Source of the DNA: Kiritimatiellia bacterium
GTDB taxonomy: Bacteria; Verrucomicrobiota; Kiritimatiellia; RFP12; UBA1067
Direction of reading: 5' to 3'
Assembly (NCBI GenBank): GCA_017514235.1
Contig: JAFWKK010000003.1
Coordinates: 119,905-183,904 of the forward strand
Length of the DNA: 64,000 nt
Part shown: piece after piece, positions 34,998-45,392 of the stretch
Layout: each line of letters opens with the position of its first letter
Numbering within the stretch: the stretch's first letter is position 1
The notes under the pieces: generated by a model
The model's database searches: none
Told to the model about the DNA's origin: nothing
The model's input: only the letters and a program-made list of their open reading frames with translations
Translations under genes and position numbers: made by a program

Positions 34998-36426
34998 CGG
35001 CGAGCTTCCTGGCGACGATTCCGCCTACGATCTTCGGGTCGGCCTTGCCCTTCGAAAGCTTCATTACCTGCCCGACGAAAAAGCCGGCGGCGGCCTTCTT
35101 GCCGGCCTTGAAGTCGGCTACTACGTTCGGGTTGGCGGCAATGGCCTGGTCGACGAACGCCTCCAGCGCGGCCGCATCGCTGACTGCGCCAAGCCCGCGC
35201 TCCCTTACGATCGCCTCGGGATCGCCGCCCTTCTCGAATATCTCCGGCAGCAGTTCCTTCAGAGTCGGGCCGTTGATCGTGCCGGACGCGGCGAGGCGGA
35301 CCAGCGCCGCAAGCGCCGACGGCGTCATGGCGCATTCCGATATCGCCTTTCCGCTGGCGTTCAGGAGCGCCATCACGTCGCTCATGTAAAGGTTGCAGAG
35401 CTGCTTGGCCAGCTTCCTGTCGAGACCCTTCGCGGCCGCCTCGAAATAGTCGGCGTTAGCCTTGTGCTGCGAAAGCACCTCGGCGTCATACTCGGCTATG
35501 CCGTAGTCGGCGACCATGCGCGAACGGCGCGCCTCCGGCTTCTCAGGCAGCAGCCGGCGCCATTCCTCGATCTGCTCGTCGGCCAGCTCGACCGGCACGA
35601 GGTCCGGCTCGGGGAAGTAGCGGTAGTCGTGCGCGTTCTCCTTCGAGCGCATCGACGCCGTCTCCATCGCCTCCGGATCCCACCGCCGCGTCTCCTGCAC
35701 GATCAGGATGGAATGCGCCATGCACTCGCGCTGGCGGCGCGCCTCGTACTCGAGCGCGGCATGGATGCCGCTGAACGAGTTCATGTTCTTGATCTCGACC
35801 TTGACGCCAAGCTCCGCGGCACCGACGGGGCGTATCGAGATGTTCACGTCCGAGCGCATGTTGCCCTCTTCGAGGTTGCAGTCGCTTACGCCCGCGTAGA
35901 CGAGCATCTCCTTGAGGGCCGTCAGGTAGGCGATCGCCTCGTCCGCGCTCGACATGTCAGGCTCCGAGACGATCTCCATGAGCGGCGTCCCGCCGCGGTT
36001 GAAGTCCACGCCAGAGGTCGTCGCGTAATGGTTGATCTTCGCGGCGTCCTCCTCAAGGTGTATGTGGTTGATGCGGATGAGCTGCTTGGTGCCGTCGGCG
36101 CGCACGATCTCGACCCCGCCGCCGATGCAGAGCGGCTGCCCGTTCTCGGAGATCTGGTAGTCCTTGGCCATGTCGGGGTAGAAGTAGTTCTTCCGGTCGA
36201 ACGTGGCGTGGCGGCTCACTTCGCAGCCGAGCATCATTCCGCTCATGACCGTCAGCTTCACCGCCTCCTTGTTCATGACCGGCAGCGCCCCCGGATAGCC
36301 GAGGCAGACGGGGCATACGTTCGTGTTCGGCTCACAGCCGGTCTTCAGCAGGCACGAGCAGAACATCTTGGTCCTGGTCTTCAGCTGGACGTGCGTCTCA
36401 AGCCCTATGGTGTTCTCGAATTCCAT
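34987..36426 (-). CDS. gatB: Asp-tRNA(Asn)/Glu-tRNA(Gln) amidotransferase subunit B
   Basis: The 479-aa protein begins MEFENTIGLETHVQLKT, contains PGALPV, and has the GatB/YqeY tail. Confidence 0.95.
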   Translation of the reverse strand: MEFENTIGLETHVQLKTRTKMFCSCLLKTGCEPNTNVCPVCLGYPGALPVMNKEAVKLTVMSGMMLGCEVSRHATFDRKNYFYPDMAKDYQISENGQPLCIGGGVEIVRADGTKQLIRINHIHLEEDAAKINHYATTSGVDFNRGGTPLMEIVSEPDMSSADEAIAYLTALKEMLVYAGVSDCNLEEGNMRSDVNISIRPVGAAELGVKVEIKNMNSFSGIHAALEYEARRQRECMAHSILIVQETRRWDPEAMETASMRSKENAHDYRYFPEPDLVPVELADEQIEEWRRLLPEKPEARRSRMVADYGIAEYDAEVLSQHKANADYFEAAAKGLDRKLAKQLCNLYMSDVMALLNASGKAISECAMTPSALAALVRLAASGTINGPTLKELLPEIFEKGGDPEAIVRERGLGAVSDAAALEAFVDQAIAANPNVVADFKAGKKAAAGFFVGQVMKLSKGKADPKIVGGIVARKLAATA

Positions 36427-36434
36427 GAGCGTGT

Positions 36435-36443
36435 ATTATACCA
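36435..36443 (-). promoter_or_regulatory. Extended -10 TGGTATAAT, 8 nt upstream of the gatB ATG
   Basis: The consensus is exact on the minus strand, inside a 26-nt intergenic gap. Confidence 0.55.
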
Positions 36444-36452
36444 TAACCGCCG

Positions 36453-37211
36453 TCAGAGCTCGGCGAACCCGGGTTCGGGCGCGTCCGGCGCATAGATGGC
36501 GTGGGCCTGAAGGATGGCAAGGAGCGCAAACGCCGCAAGCATCATCTCCCCGCCCTCCTCAAACGCCGTCATGAGCGCCGCCAGAGAACCGGTGGTCTTG
36601 TCAAGCAGCTCGGGACGTATCCACCCCGTGTCGCGCAGCGTCGACGGCAGGCGGTCGCACGTCTGCACCATGACGCCCGTGGCACCGAAGCAGGCCATCG
36701 TCCACGCGACCGGATGGAAGCGGAACAGCCCCTTTATAAGCCGCCTGATGAAGTACAGGAGAGGCCCGACGGTCGCGGCGAAGAACAGCACGAAGAAAAA
36801 CAGCACGAAGAGCTTCGGCACGAACGGCACCTCGCCGGAAGTGAGAAAGCGCATCTTGAAGACCGTGCCCCGGAACGACAACGCCACCTCCGGCCACAGC
36901 TGCGCGAACCAGATCTTGTGCCAGTCAAGTTCGCGCACAAGCGCCATGAAGCCGAGGACCGAGAAGACAAAGCTCCAGAACGCCTTGCGGCGGACGCTTC
37001 CGGCGACGGGGCAGCAGAGCCACGAGAGAGGGATGACCATCGCGAAGAGCGGCAGTGTCATCAGCTCCACTATGGAATGCCCGTCTGCGTCGAAGTTCGC
37101 TATCAGTGCCTCAGGGGCCGCGACCGCCCAGCAGCAGAGAAACACGGTGACGCCGGCGAAGAAGAGCGCCGGTGACAGCAACCATGCGTTGCGCGATACG
37201 AGAATGTTCAT
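36453..37211 (-). CDS. Polytopic membrane protein of unknown function
   Basis: The 252-aa protein has about 6 hydrophobic helices and a GGAGG Shine-Dalgarno. I recognise no family. Confidence 0.6.
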   Translation of the reverse strand: MNILVSRNAWLLSPALFFAGVTVFLCCWAVAAPEALIANFDADGHSIVELMTLPLFAMVIPLSWLCCPVAGSVRRKAFWSFVFSVLGFMALVRELDWHKIWFAQLWPEVALSFRGTVFKMRFLTSGEVPFVPKLFVLFFFVLFFAATVGPLLYFIRRLIKGLFRFHPVAWTMACFGATGVMVQTCDRLPSTLRDTGWIRPELLDKTTGSLAALMTAFEEGGEMMLAAFALLAILQAHAIYAPDAPEPGFAEL

Positions 37212-37246
37212 TTGCCTCCGATAGGGTTTGATAAGTGACGGCGCAT

Positions 37247-37255
37247 ATTATAACA
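37247..37255 (-). promoter_or_regulatory. Extended -10 TGTTATAAT for the 37211 membrane-protein gene
   Basis: It is near-consensus and lies about 35 nt upstream of the ATG. Confidence 0.45.
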
Positions 37256-37272
37256 TAAAGCGCCGCGACTGT

Positions 37273-38004
37273 TCATTCCGCGCCGAGGCGGGAAAGGAGG
37301 GCGATGACGGCGGTGTCGGTGCGCAAGATGCGCGGACCGAGCGACATGCGGCGGAAACCGCGCTCCTCAAGGAGGGCGACCTCGCCGTCCGTCCAGCCGC
37401 CCTCAGGGCCGACGGCCAGCAAAGGCCTCCCCGCAGGGGAGGTGCCGCCGCCGGAACCGTCGCACTGACCGTACGGGTGCGCCACGATCCTGTTCGCCGT
37501 GGGGAAAAGCGCGTCCATCTCGTCACGCACGAACCGCCGGAAGTTCCGCCGAGTCTCGACCGTCGGCAAAACGCCCGTGCCGGCCTGCATCAGCCCGTCC
37601 ACGAGCAGCGGACGCCAGTTCGCCTCCTTCAGCAGCGTCGCGCCCCAGAAATCCTTCTCGACCTTCTGCGCCCCGACGAGCACGATGCGCCCGACGCCCA
37701 GCGTCGCCAGCTGCGGCAGCAGTCGCTTCATCGCGCGAGGGCGCGGCGGCGCGAGGATCAGGTCCGCCCAGGACGGCAAGGGCGTCTCCGTGTGGTTGAC
37801 GCGAACGGTGACCAGACGTCCGTCAGCGCCGTCGCTGTCGATGCGGAGGATCTCAGACGTGCCGTTAAGCCCGCCTATCTCGCCAGTCTTCAGCACCTGT
37901 CCGGCTTCCCCGTGCAAGATACCGACGACATGCGCCGCACGTGCGCCGCCGAATGTCGCGACGCCATCCCTGATTTCGCCAGGCTCTAGAAGTATGCGGT
38001 TCAT
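37273..38004 (-). CDS. rsmE: 16S rRNA (uracil1498-N3)-methyltransferase
   Basis: The start is taken at MNRILLEP (ATGA overlap with the murI stop). The C-terminal LGPRILRTDTAVIALL signature is present. Confidence 0.85.
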   Translation of the reverse strand: MNRILLEPGEIRDGVATFGGARAAHVVGILHGEAGQVLKTGEIGGLNGTSEILRIDSDGADGRLVTVRVNHTETPLPSWADLILAPPRPRAMKRLLPQLATLGVGRIVLVGAQKVEKDFWGATLLKEANWRPLLVDGLMQAGTGVLPTVETRRNFRRFVRDEMDALFPTANRIVAHPYGQCDGSGGGTSPAGRPLLAVGPEGGWTDGEVALLEERGFRRMSLGPRILRTDTAVIALLSRLGAE

Positions 38005-38714
38005 CGCCCGGCAAGGAGTCCCCGTGACTCGAGGATCCGACGCGCCTGCCGCGCCACCGCCTCGGACGAATCCACGACCTCCGCGCGCCCCGCGCAGACC
38101 CGCTCTATCACCGGCCTCAGGTGCGGGAAGTGCGTGCAACCGAGCACGATGCGGTCTGCCCCGGCCTCCAGCAGCGGCTCGACCCGCGCACGAACGATCC
38201 GCTCGACCTCCGGTCCCGAAGTCTCGCCGCGCTCCACAAGCCGCACGAACTCGTCAGCAACCGCCGTGACGACCCTGACGTCCTTCGCAAACCTGGCCTT
38301 CGTCCCGCCGTAAAGCCGTCCGCGCAGGGTGCCGGCCGTCGCGAGAACGCCGACCACTCCGCTGCGCGTCGTCTGCGCCGCCGGCTTCAGCGCAGGCTCC
38401 ATGCCGACGAAGGGAATTTCCGGATGCTCCGCCCGCAGAACGTCGATCGCCGCCGCCGTCGCCGTGTTGCAGGCAACGACGATCATCTTGCATCCGCGCC
38501 CGAGAAGCCGGCGCACGCACGCCTCGGCCAGGCGCACCACCTCTTCCGGCGGACGGTTCCCGTAAGGGCAGTGCTCCGTGTCGGCCAGGTATATGGTCTT
38601 TTCAAGCGGGCACAGCCGCCGGAACGCATCAAGTACGCATCTGCCGCCGACGCCGCTGTCGAAGAAGCCGACGGGGCGAGAGGCCGGGCTTTTCTCGTCA
38701 ACGGCGCTAGGCAT
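38001..38714 (-). CDS. murI: Glutamate racemase
   Basis: It has the FFDSGVGG, ACNTA and GCTHFP motifs. The start is taken at MPSAVDEK; the longer Arg/Ser-rich N-terminal extension is implausible. Confidence 0.85.
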   Translation of the reverse strand: MPSAVDEKSPASRPVGFFDSGVGGRCVLDAFRRLCPLEKTIYLADTEHCPYGNRPPEEVVRLAEACVRRLLGRGCKMIVVACNTATAAAIDVLRAEHPEIPFVGMEPALKPAAQTTRSGVVGVLATAGTLRGRLYGGTKARFAKDVRVVTAVADEFVRLVERGETSGPEVERIVRARVEPLLEAGADRIVLGCTHFPHLRPVIERVCAGRAEVVDSSEAVARQARRILESRGLLAGR

Positions 38715-39111
38715 CTGGATCGACCTTGCGCCGCATCGCCTTGACAGCGGAATGAGCGTGCTTGTCGTCAAGCATCTTCTGCTTCTGGCGGCGGCTGCGG
38801 CGGCGCTTCTGGCGGCGGATCTTCTCCCGCTTCTGCTGCGCCTCGGACTTCCTGCCGCGCTCGCGCTCAAGGATCGCCTCTGCGAGCATGCGCCTTGCGA
38901 GCCACCTGTTCGTCTCGCGGCTGCGGGTCGCCCCGCACTTCACCTGCATGCCGCTCGGCGCATGCGAAAGCCTGACGACGCTCGACGTCTTGTTGGTCTT
39001 CTGCCCCCCGGGACCGCCGCCGAGGATAAAACTTTCCTCAATGTCCTCCTCGAAGACCGAAGCCTCGGCCATAAGCGACCGTATGCGCTCGATTGTCTCG
39101 GGAGATATCAT
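38707..39111 (-). CDS. arfB: Alternative ribosome-rescue factor ArfB (GGQ peptidyl-tRNA hydrolase)
   Basis: The 134-aa protein has the GGQ motif (GGPGGQKTNKTSS) and a basic C-terminal tail with HSAVKAMRRKV, similar to E. coli YaeJ. Confidence 0.8.
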   Translation of the reverse strand: MISPETIERIRSLMAEASVFEEDIEESFILGGGPGGQKTNKTSSVVRLSHAPSGMQVKCGATRSRETNRWLARRMLAEAILERERGRKSEAQQKREKIRRQKRRRSRRQKQKMLDDKHAHSAVKAMRRKVDPDA

Positions 39112-39144
39112 GACTCAGGCATGGCTCCGAAGCCGCTCGGACTT

Positions 39145-40497
39145 TCAGCTCCTCAGGTAGGCGCTGTAAGCCCGGTAGGTCTGCCAGCAGTCGTTCGCAG
39201 AGACGATCTCCCACGGCGCGTGCATGTTCCACATGGGCGTGCCCATGTCGAGAACCTTCATGCCGAAGCGCGCCATGTACTGCGAAATCGTGCCGCCGCC
39301 GCCCTTTTCCATCTTGCCCAACTCCGCCATCTGCCACATCACTCCGCCTTTTTCCATGATCCGGCGGATCTCGGCGATGAACTCAGGGCCGCAGTCGCTG
39401 GCGCCGCCCTTCGACGTTCCGCCGGTATACTTCGAAGCGGCAACGCCCTTGTGAAGGCGGGCCTCGTTCCCGGTAGAATCGACATCGGGGAAGTGCGGGT
39501 CGGCCGCCGCCGTCACGTCCGCCGACAGCATCGTGGACATCTCGAGCGCGCGCCGCACGAGTATGTCTCGGGCGTTGCGCTCCTGGCGCTCGATCAGCTC
39601 GGCGACGGTGTTCTCGAAGAAGGAGCTCTGCATTCCCGTAGAGCCCATCGAGCCGATCTCCTCCTTGTCGCACATGAGGATGGACGCCGTCCTGTCGGGA
39701 ATCTCGCCGGCCGCGTCGATGAGGGCGCGAAGCCCCGCGAACGAGCAGACGCGGTCGTCGTGCCCGTAGCCGGCGATGAGGGCCTTGTCTAGGCCGAGAT
39801 AGCGCGGCATTCCTGCCGGCACGATCTCCAGCTCGGCGCTGAGAAGATCCTCTTCGTCTATCTTGTACGTCTTCTTGAGATACGCCACAAGACCGTCCTT
39901 GGCCTTTTTCTTCTTGTCGTCGTCCTCATCTCCGCCTGTGGACCACGCGACGACGTCAAGGTCTTCGGCAGGGAAGAACTCGTCTCGCGTCTTCTTGGCC
40001 TGATCCTTGCCGAGATGTGGCAGAATGTCGGAAATCATGAAGACCGGGTCGCCGGGTTCGTCGCCAACCGCGACCTGGACCTTGGTGCCGTCCTTTCGCA
40101 CTACCGTTCCGTAGAGCGCGAGCGGCAGGGTGAGCCACTGGTACTTCTTTATGCCGCCGTAGACGTGGCAGTCGAAATAGACGACGCCGCCCTTCTCGTA
40201 GAGAGGCCTGGGCTTGAGGTCAAGGCGAGGCGCGTCGGTGTGGCCGCCGACGACCTTGAGGCCGGCTTCGGATATCCGCTTCTTGCCGATCACCGCCGCC
40301 ATGAGCGTGCGGTCCTCGTATCCGCGGTAGACGCGGTCGCCGGCCTTCAGCTTCGCGAACGAGGAAAGTTCGCGGAAGCCCTTGGCCTTCAGGAGCCTTA
40401 CGCTCTCGGCATAGCTGCGGCGTTCGGTCTTGGCGACGCCGAGGTAACTCATGTAGTCGCGGCAATACTGCGCGAGCGGCACATATTTCGTTTTCAT
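39145..40497 (-). CDS. M18-family aminopeptidase
   Basis: The 450-aa protein has VGGHTDAPRLDLKP and a metal-ligand pattern typical of aminopeptidase 1/M18. Confidence 0.8.
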   Translation of the reverse strand: MKTKYVPLAQYCRDYMSYLGVAKTERRSYAESVRLLKAKGFRELSSFAKLKAGDRVYRGYEDRTLMAAVIGKKRISEAGLKVVGGHTDAPRLDLKPRPLYEKGGVVYFDCHVYGGIKKYQWLTLPLALYGTVVRKDGTKVQVAVGDEPGDPVFMISDILPHLGKDQAKKTRDEFFPAEDLDVVAWSTGGDEDDDKKKKAKDGLVAYLKKTYKIDEEDLLSAELEIVPAGMPRYLGLDKALIAGYGHDDRVCSFAGLRALIDAAGEIPDRTASILMCDKEEIGSMGSTGMQSSFFENTVAELIERQERNARDILVRRALEMSTMLSADVTAAADPHFPDVDSTGNEARLHKGVAASKYTGGTSKGGASDCGPEFIAEIRRIMEKGGVMWQMAELGKMEKGGGGTISQYMARFGMKVLDMGTPMWNMHAPWEIVSANDCWQTYRAYSAYLRS

Positions 40498-40504
40498 CGC
40501 AATG

Positions 40505-40513
40505 ATTATACCA
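40505..40513 (-). promoter_or_regulatory. Extended -10 TGGTATAAT, 7 nt upstream of the aminopeptidase ATG
   Basis: The consensus is exact on the minus strand. Confidence 0.6.
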
Positions 40514-40585
40514 CAATGTGCGACGGCACTACAAGACGAGCCGCACTATCACCCAGCGCCCCTTCCGTAGAACCGCAATGCTTCG

Positions 40586-43500
40586 TCAATGAATCATAAG
40601 ATAGAACCCTATCGGCGCCACCTCGCAAACGACATCCGGCGACTCGGTCGTGAGTTCGCCGTCGGACGCCACAAGTCGCAGCACATAGGTTCCTGCCTTT
40701 GCAAACGTGACGGACGTTGTTGCGTCCGTCTTGTCGGCAAACACGACATTGGCCGCATTGCCTTCCACCACCTTCCACGTCACGGAAAGCACGCCATTGC
40801 CATCGTCGTATGCCGCGCCGGAAAGCGCCTCCGGGCGACGCGCCGTGGCCGTGAGCGCGGAAGGAGCCTCTACTAGAGGCGCGCGGTTGTGCGGCGCGAA
40901 CTCCCACGCCAGGCGGCGGATCTCCGCCTGGCTGAGCGCGTTCGTGTAGTACCGCAGTTCATCCAACGTGCCAGGGAAGTATCGGCTGTTGCTGGTGTTT
41001 CCGACAAATGTCGTGGCGGTTGTGTTGACCGTCTTCGGTGCGATGCACACCATGTTCTGCTGGTTCGTTGCGGTCGTCGTGCACTTGTTCGGTATGAACT
41101 TCTCGCCGTCCACATAGACGCGCAAACGGTTAAAACGCTCTGTAGTATAAGTCGCAACGGTGTTCGTATAGGCTGAAAAGTCGAAGACTACGGCACAATG
41201 GCTCCAACGCCCCTTCCGTGTCCCGTTCCTCATGTTGGAGAACGGTACCTGGTAGTTGTCCTGACCGGATTCATAGTTCACGTAAATGTTCATTGACGAT
41301 TCAGTTGCGTCTTTGTAATTGTTGTATTGGATCTCGAACGGGCCGCCAATCCAGACGCGGCTATATTGACATGAACTATACTGGTTGGCCGAATCGTCGT
41401 ACATCCAGAATGTCGCCGTGCCGCGATTGGAAACCGGCAGCGTTACGTTGGCCGTGACGTACGCTTTCGTGTCGACCGTTTGAGGCGGCGTGCCGATGCC
41501 CATGCCGACCTTCGACTTCATCGGCTGCGCCGCATTGTGCAGCACGTATCGAGTCTGCGAGAGTTCCTCGAGCGGCGCGGAATCGAAGTTCCAGTAGGCC
41601 ACCATACCCCGGTTCGTGCCCGGCACGGTACAGTCCGCAGGGCCTGTCACGGCGACCGCAATGTCCTCAGCAGCCGAAGCGCCACCGTCCTCCACGGTGC
41701 ATGTCAGCACATACTCGCCGGCCGCCGTGAAGATCGCCTCGGCCTTGGCTGACGCTGTATCATTGAAGTAAACGCCTCCCGGACCGGACTTCTTCGCCCA
41801 GAAGTATCTTGGCAAGGAAGCGGATGTGGTCGCCGTAAGATACACCGGTTCAGGCATTGTCACGGCGGTCGATGTCGCCGAAAGGGTCACGGTCAGGGCG
41901 ACTGGCGCGCCGGACGTGCGCGTTACCGTCACCTCATCGGACGTTGAGCCGAAGTCATCCGTGTTCGTCAGGCGGAACACATACGAACCTTCAACGGGAA
42001 GGGAGACAGCTGTCACAAGCTGATCTGGTTCCGCAAACGTCACCCCTTCGCCGCCTTCCGGCGCCGAAACGAGCGTCCATTCAGTGGCACCATACTCGCT
42101 GACGGCATAGACGAAGTTCGTCGCGGGGTTGCGCACACCATGGAGCATGGCCGTCTCCGCCACCACTGAAAAGTCGGCTCCTGCGCTTACCGGCGACGCG
42201 CCACAGTAGAGATGCTTCACCTCGGCATCGTCCAGCGCTCGGCAAAACATCCATACGTCATCCATGTAGCCATAAAACGGACGGCTCGCCCCGTCGCCGC
42301 CGATGCGCACCGTATCGACCAAACCATTTACGGGAATCCGTATGCCGCCGACAGTCTCGTCGGCAACATACGTCTTTGCGCTCGTGGCGACCCTTGTGCC
42401 GTTGCGGTAGAAGCGCACCGTGCAGTGGAGGCCTCCCGCATCCCGCCCGACATCATACACAAGCGTGACGTGCGTCCAATGGGTCTTGCTGGCCAAAACA
42501 TTGCCCGCGCCGAAATTGGCGCTGTCACCATAATAGGCCGTCATGCTGAACTCCGTCTTCGATGCAGACGGATATGCCTTCGTGCCATTTGACGTGTTGA
42601 ACATTCTGGGATATGAATTCCCGGAAATGATATCGCCCGGCGTTTTGTCGTTTGGTATGTACAGCCAGGCGGCGAACGTGAGCGACTGCGCGGTGCGGTT
42701 GGCGATTGTGGATGCGCAGGTTCCGCGTTCCCCGCTGAAGAATATCGCCTGCGATGTCCAGTGATCGGCATTCGTCAGCACGGCGCCGCCCGAGAGTTCG
42801 AGCGTCTGCCGGCCAAATTCATCGTTGACATACACTTTCCCCGAACTGGTGTATGTATCTTCCATCGTCCAGTGTGCGAACACGGCGTCTGGGTTGGCGA
42901 AGGCCTCGAACTCCTCCTGGACCTCAGCAGGGGTCAGGGCCACATCATATACTTTCACCTCGTCGATTGCGCCATGGATCGTACGGTTGCCACCGTTTCC
43001 GGCCAGCGATACCGTGGTCGCCCCGGCTGTACTCCAGCTGCTGGCAAGTGCAAATCCGTTTGTAGCACTCATCAAAACACCATCCTGGTAGATCGAGAAG
43101 TCCGCCGTCGATTCGTCCGCCGCAACATTGCCGACCACGACCGCAAGATGCGACCAATTGCCACGCGACTTATGCCATTTCATGCCCGAAGGCGCGAAGG
43201 CTCCGGCATAAAGCGTAACACCGCCGCCTGTATCGCCGTATGTCCAAAGCAAACGCATGCCCGAGAAATTGTTGAACAGGTGCGGGTAGGAGTTGTTCCC
43301 GTTGGGATAGGCGTAGGTTCCATCGTCGTCCGCAAGCTTCACCCACATGGTAATCGAGCGCGCCTTCACGCCACCCGGGCAGGAGAACTGCGCGCAAGCT
43401 CCCAGCGTGTTGCCAGGATTGTACAATGCCATTCCAGAGATAGCGTCGTTTGTAAGGCACACGTTCTCCTTCAGCGTGAGCGCGCGCCCGTTCCCGGAAA

Positions 43501-43627
43501 GGTCTGGCACGCATCCTTGTGCATCAAGAGAATCCATTGACCACCAGCCAATCGGCGTAGCGGCGAATGTTCCGGCCATGGGCAACATGGCGGACAACGC
43601 AATCGCTGACATCCAGTTTCTCTGCAT
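40586..43627 (-). CDS. Secreted multi-LamG (concanavalin-like lectin) protein with Ig/PKD-like C-terminal modules
   Basis: It has a signal peptide (MQRNWMSAIALSAMLPMAGTFA). Three LamG-type closing motifs are present (IDEVKVYDVALTPAEV, MDDVWMFCRALDDAEV, LDELRYYTNALSQAEI). Confidence 0.8.
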   Translation of the reverse strand: MQRNWMSAIALSAMLPMAGTFAATPIGWWSMDSLDAQGCVPDLSGNGRALTLKENVCLTNDAISGMALYNPGNTLGACAQFSCPGGVKARSITMWVKLADDDGTYAYPNGNNSYPHLFNNFSGMRLLWTYGDTGGGVTLYAGAFAPSGMKWHKSRGNWSHLAVVVGNVAADESTADFSIYQDGVLMSATNGFALASSWSTAGATTVSLAGNGGNRTIHGAIDEVKVYDVALTPAEVQEEFEAFANPDAVFAHWTMEDTYTSSGKVYVNDEFGRQTLELSGGAVLTNADHWTSQAIFFSGERGTCASTIANRTAQSLTFAAWLYIPNDKTPGDIISGNSYPRMFNTSNGTKAYPSASKTEFSMTAYYGDSANFGAGNVLASKTHWTHVTLVYDVGRDAGGLHCTVRFYRNGTRVATSAKTYVADETVGGIRIPVNGLVDTVRIGGDGASRPFYGYMDDVWMFCRALDDAEVKHLYCGASPVSAGADFSVVAETAMLHGVRNPATNFVYAVSEYGATEWTLVSAPEGGEGVTFAEPDQLVTAVSLPVEGSYVFRLTNTDDFGSTSDEVTVTRTSGAPVALTVTLSATSTAVTMPEPVYLTATTSASLPRYFWAKKSGPGGVYFNDTASAKAEAIFTAAGEYVLTCTVEDGGASAAEDIAVAVTGPADCTVPGTNRGMVAYWNFDSAPLEELSQTRYVLHNAAQPMKSKVGMGIGTPPQTVDTKAYVTANVTLPVSNRGTATFWMYDDSANQYSSCQYSRVWIGGPFEIQYNNYKDATESSMNIYVNYESGQDNYQVPFSNMRNGTRKGRWSHCAVVFDFSAYTNTVATYTTERFNRLRVYVDGEKFIPNKCTTTATNQQNMVCIAPKTVNTTATTFVGNTSNSRYFPGTLDELRYYTNALSQAEIRRLAWEFAPHNRAPLVEAPSALTATARRPEALSGAAYDDGNGVLSVTWKVVEGNAANVVFADKTDATTSVTFAKAGTYVLRLVASDGELTTESPDVVCEVAPIGFYLMIH

Positions 43628-43670
43628 GATTTCGTCCTTTCTTTTTCAAATGCGAAATGAATATGACCGG

Positions 43671-45392
43671 TCAACGAGCAATGTCCTGACGACGCGGAAT
43701 CCGGGAGACCGGAACGCGCGCGCACACCACGGAATTAGCCTTGTCCCTTGGACGGTACCAGATGTACGTAGTGCAGAGAATCGTGCCGTCGTGCAGCAGC
43801 TCCACGCCCGAATAGCCGGTATCCCAGGCACGTTCGCCCACGTGTTCGAGAATGTGAACGCGGCAGTCGCCGGGCTTGCCCGCGCGGAGATCACCGTATG
43901 TACCGACCCAGGCGACGTACTGGCCCCTCGTGGACGACCCGTGTGCCTGATCGCGAAACGCAATGAAAAGCCGTCCGTCCGGCAGATAAATGCCCTCGTG
44001 CCGGTCGCCAGTCAGCCCCCAGCACGTATCCTTCGGCTTCGTCCATGTCTTGCCTTCATCGCGGCTGAAGCACATCATGCTGCGCGCCGCATGGCGGTTC
44101 TCGCGGATGAGCAGGCACAGTTCCTGTCCGTCGGGCGAACGAAGGCAGAACGGCTCGCACAGGTTCTTCTGTGGAGCGGTGGCCACCACGCGCATCGGGC
44201 CCCACGTCCAGCCGCCGTCCTTGGAGACGCTCATCCACACGGACTGGTCGTCGGCGGCGCGATCCGTCTTGACTTTCGGATCGTTGCGGATTTGGCCGAA
44301 GAGCGCGGCCGTGCCGTCCTTGAGCATCATGAACCCCGTTGGCGGCATGCCGGCGGAAAGCTTCGCCGTGGGCGCCTCCCACCATGACTTGCCGCCGTCT
44401 GGCGAGATCACGATGCCGCAGCCGCCCTTCTTTGCGGAAAAGACAACCAGGTTCGTGCCGCCGTCCGGACGGATGACGGTCTGCAGCGTCGGACAGTTGA
44501 CGTGGTCATGGTATCCGGCGGGCATGATTCCGTCACAGCGCACCCACGACCTGCCGCCATCAGTCGATTTCGCCATGGGACCGCATTTGCCGCCATGGTT
44601 GATCGTCCACACGCAGTAGATCGTGCCGTCCGGCGCGACGACTGTAGTTGGGTGCCCTTGATATACGCCGTCCGAGCCCGAAGCAATGACTGTTTGGTTC
44701 GATGCGTCACGCGAAAGATCGACAATGGGCAATTCGTCCGAGGGCCTGAGCGAAAACGGCTTCGGCGGCTTTCCGTCAGGAGCGATGCGAGCCATCTCCG
44801 CAATGACCGTCGCGTCGACGGCGGTCGTCTCAAGCCGAAAGTCTGCGAGGCGACCCGCGAGCGGACGATCCCCATCCGGCATGGTGTTGCCCACGCAAAA
44901 CCGGCCGCCGGGGAAGACGTCGGGCAACGGCCTCGCCCGCATCCGTGACGGAACACGTGCACCGTTTACGTACAGTTCTGGCACGGCATTGGAATCGGCA
45001 CGGGCGACAAGCGCGATGTGTGCCCATTGCCGGAATGGCACGGCCGAGAAGAAAGACCATCTGCTTGCCCCCTTCGGCACCCGGTCTTTCGGGACGGCAA
45101 ACTCGAGGATGAGATCGGAACTCTCCGCATCGCGGACACCTATCGGGCATGAGAGATGCAGATAGCCGCCGGGGAACTGGAAGATTCGAGGATACTGGCA
45201 TTGGTTCGTGCCGGAGGTTTCGGCATTCACCCACACGGACGCGGAGAAGACCGTGGTTTCCGGCACCTCCACACACATGCCGCCAGCGAACTCTCCGGCA
45301 ACTGTCATCGCCTGAGCCGCCGTGCAGAGGACAAGAAGCACCAATCCCGAACAGGATAAAGCCTGACAGCCGCGTCTTGTGATTTCAATCAT
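43671..45392 (-). CDS. Exo-alpha-sialidase (BNR/Asp-box, GH33-like) with an N-terminal LamG-like module
   Basis: It has four Asp-boxes (STDGGRSW, SPDGGKSW, SKDGGWTW, SRDEGKTW), a signal peptide, and an ATGA overlap with the upstream gene. Confidence 0.8.
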   Translation of the reverse strand: MIEITRRGCQALSCSGLVLLVLCTAAQAMTVAGEFAGGMCVEVPETTVFSASVWVNAETSGTNQCQYPRIFQFPGGYLHLSCPIGVRDAESSDLILEFAVPKDRVPKGASRWSFFSAVPFRQWAHIALVARADSNAVPELYVNGARVPSRMRARPLPDVFPGGRFCVGNTMPDGDRPLAGRLADFRLETTAVDATVIAEMARIAPDGKPPKPFSLRPSDELPIVDLSRDASNQTVIASGSDGVYQGHPTTVVAPDGTIYCVWTINHGGKCGPMAKSTDGGRSWVRCDGIMPAGYHDHVNCPTLQTVIRPDGGTNLVVFSAKKGGCGIVISPDGGKSWWEAPTAKLSAGMPPTGFMMLKDGTAALFGQIRNDPKVKTDRAADDQSVWMSVSKDGGWTWGPMRVVATAPQKNLCEPFCLRSPDGQELCLLIRENRHAARSMMCFSRDEGKTWTKPKDTCWGLTGDRHEGIYLPDGRLFIAFRDQAHGSSTRGQYVAWVGTYGDLRAGKPGDCRVHILEHVGERAWDTGYSGVELLHDGTILCTTYIWYRPRDKANSVVCARVPVSRIPRRQDIAR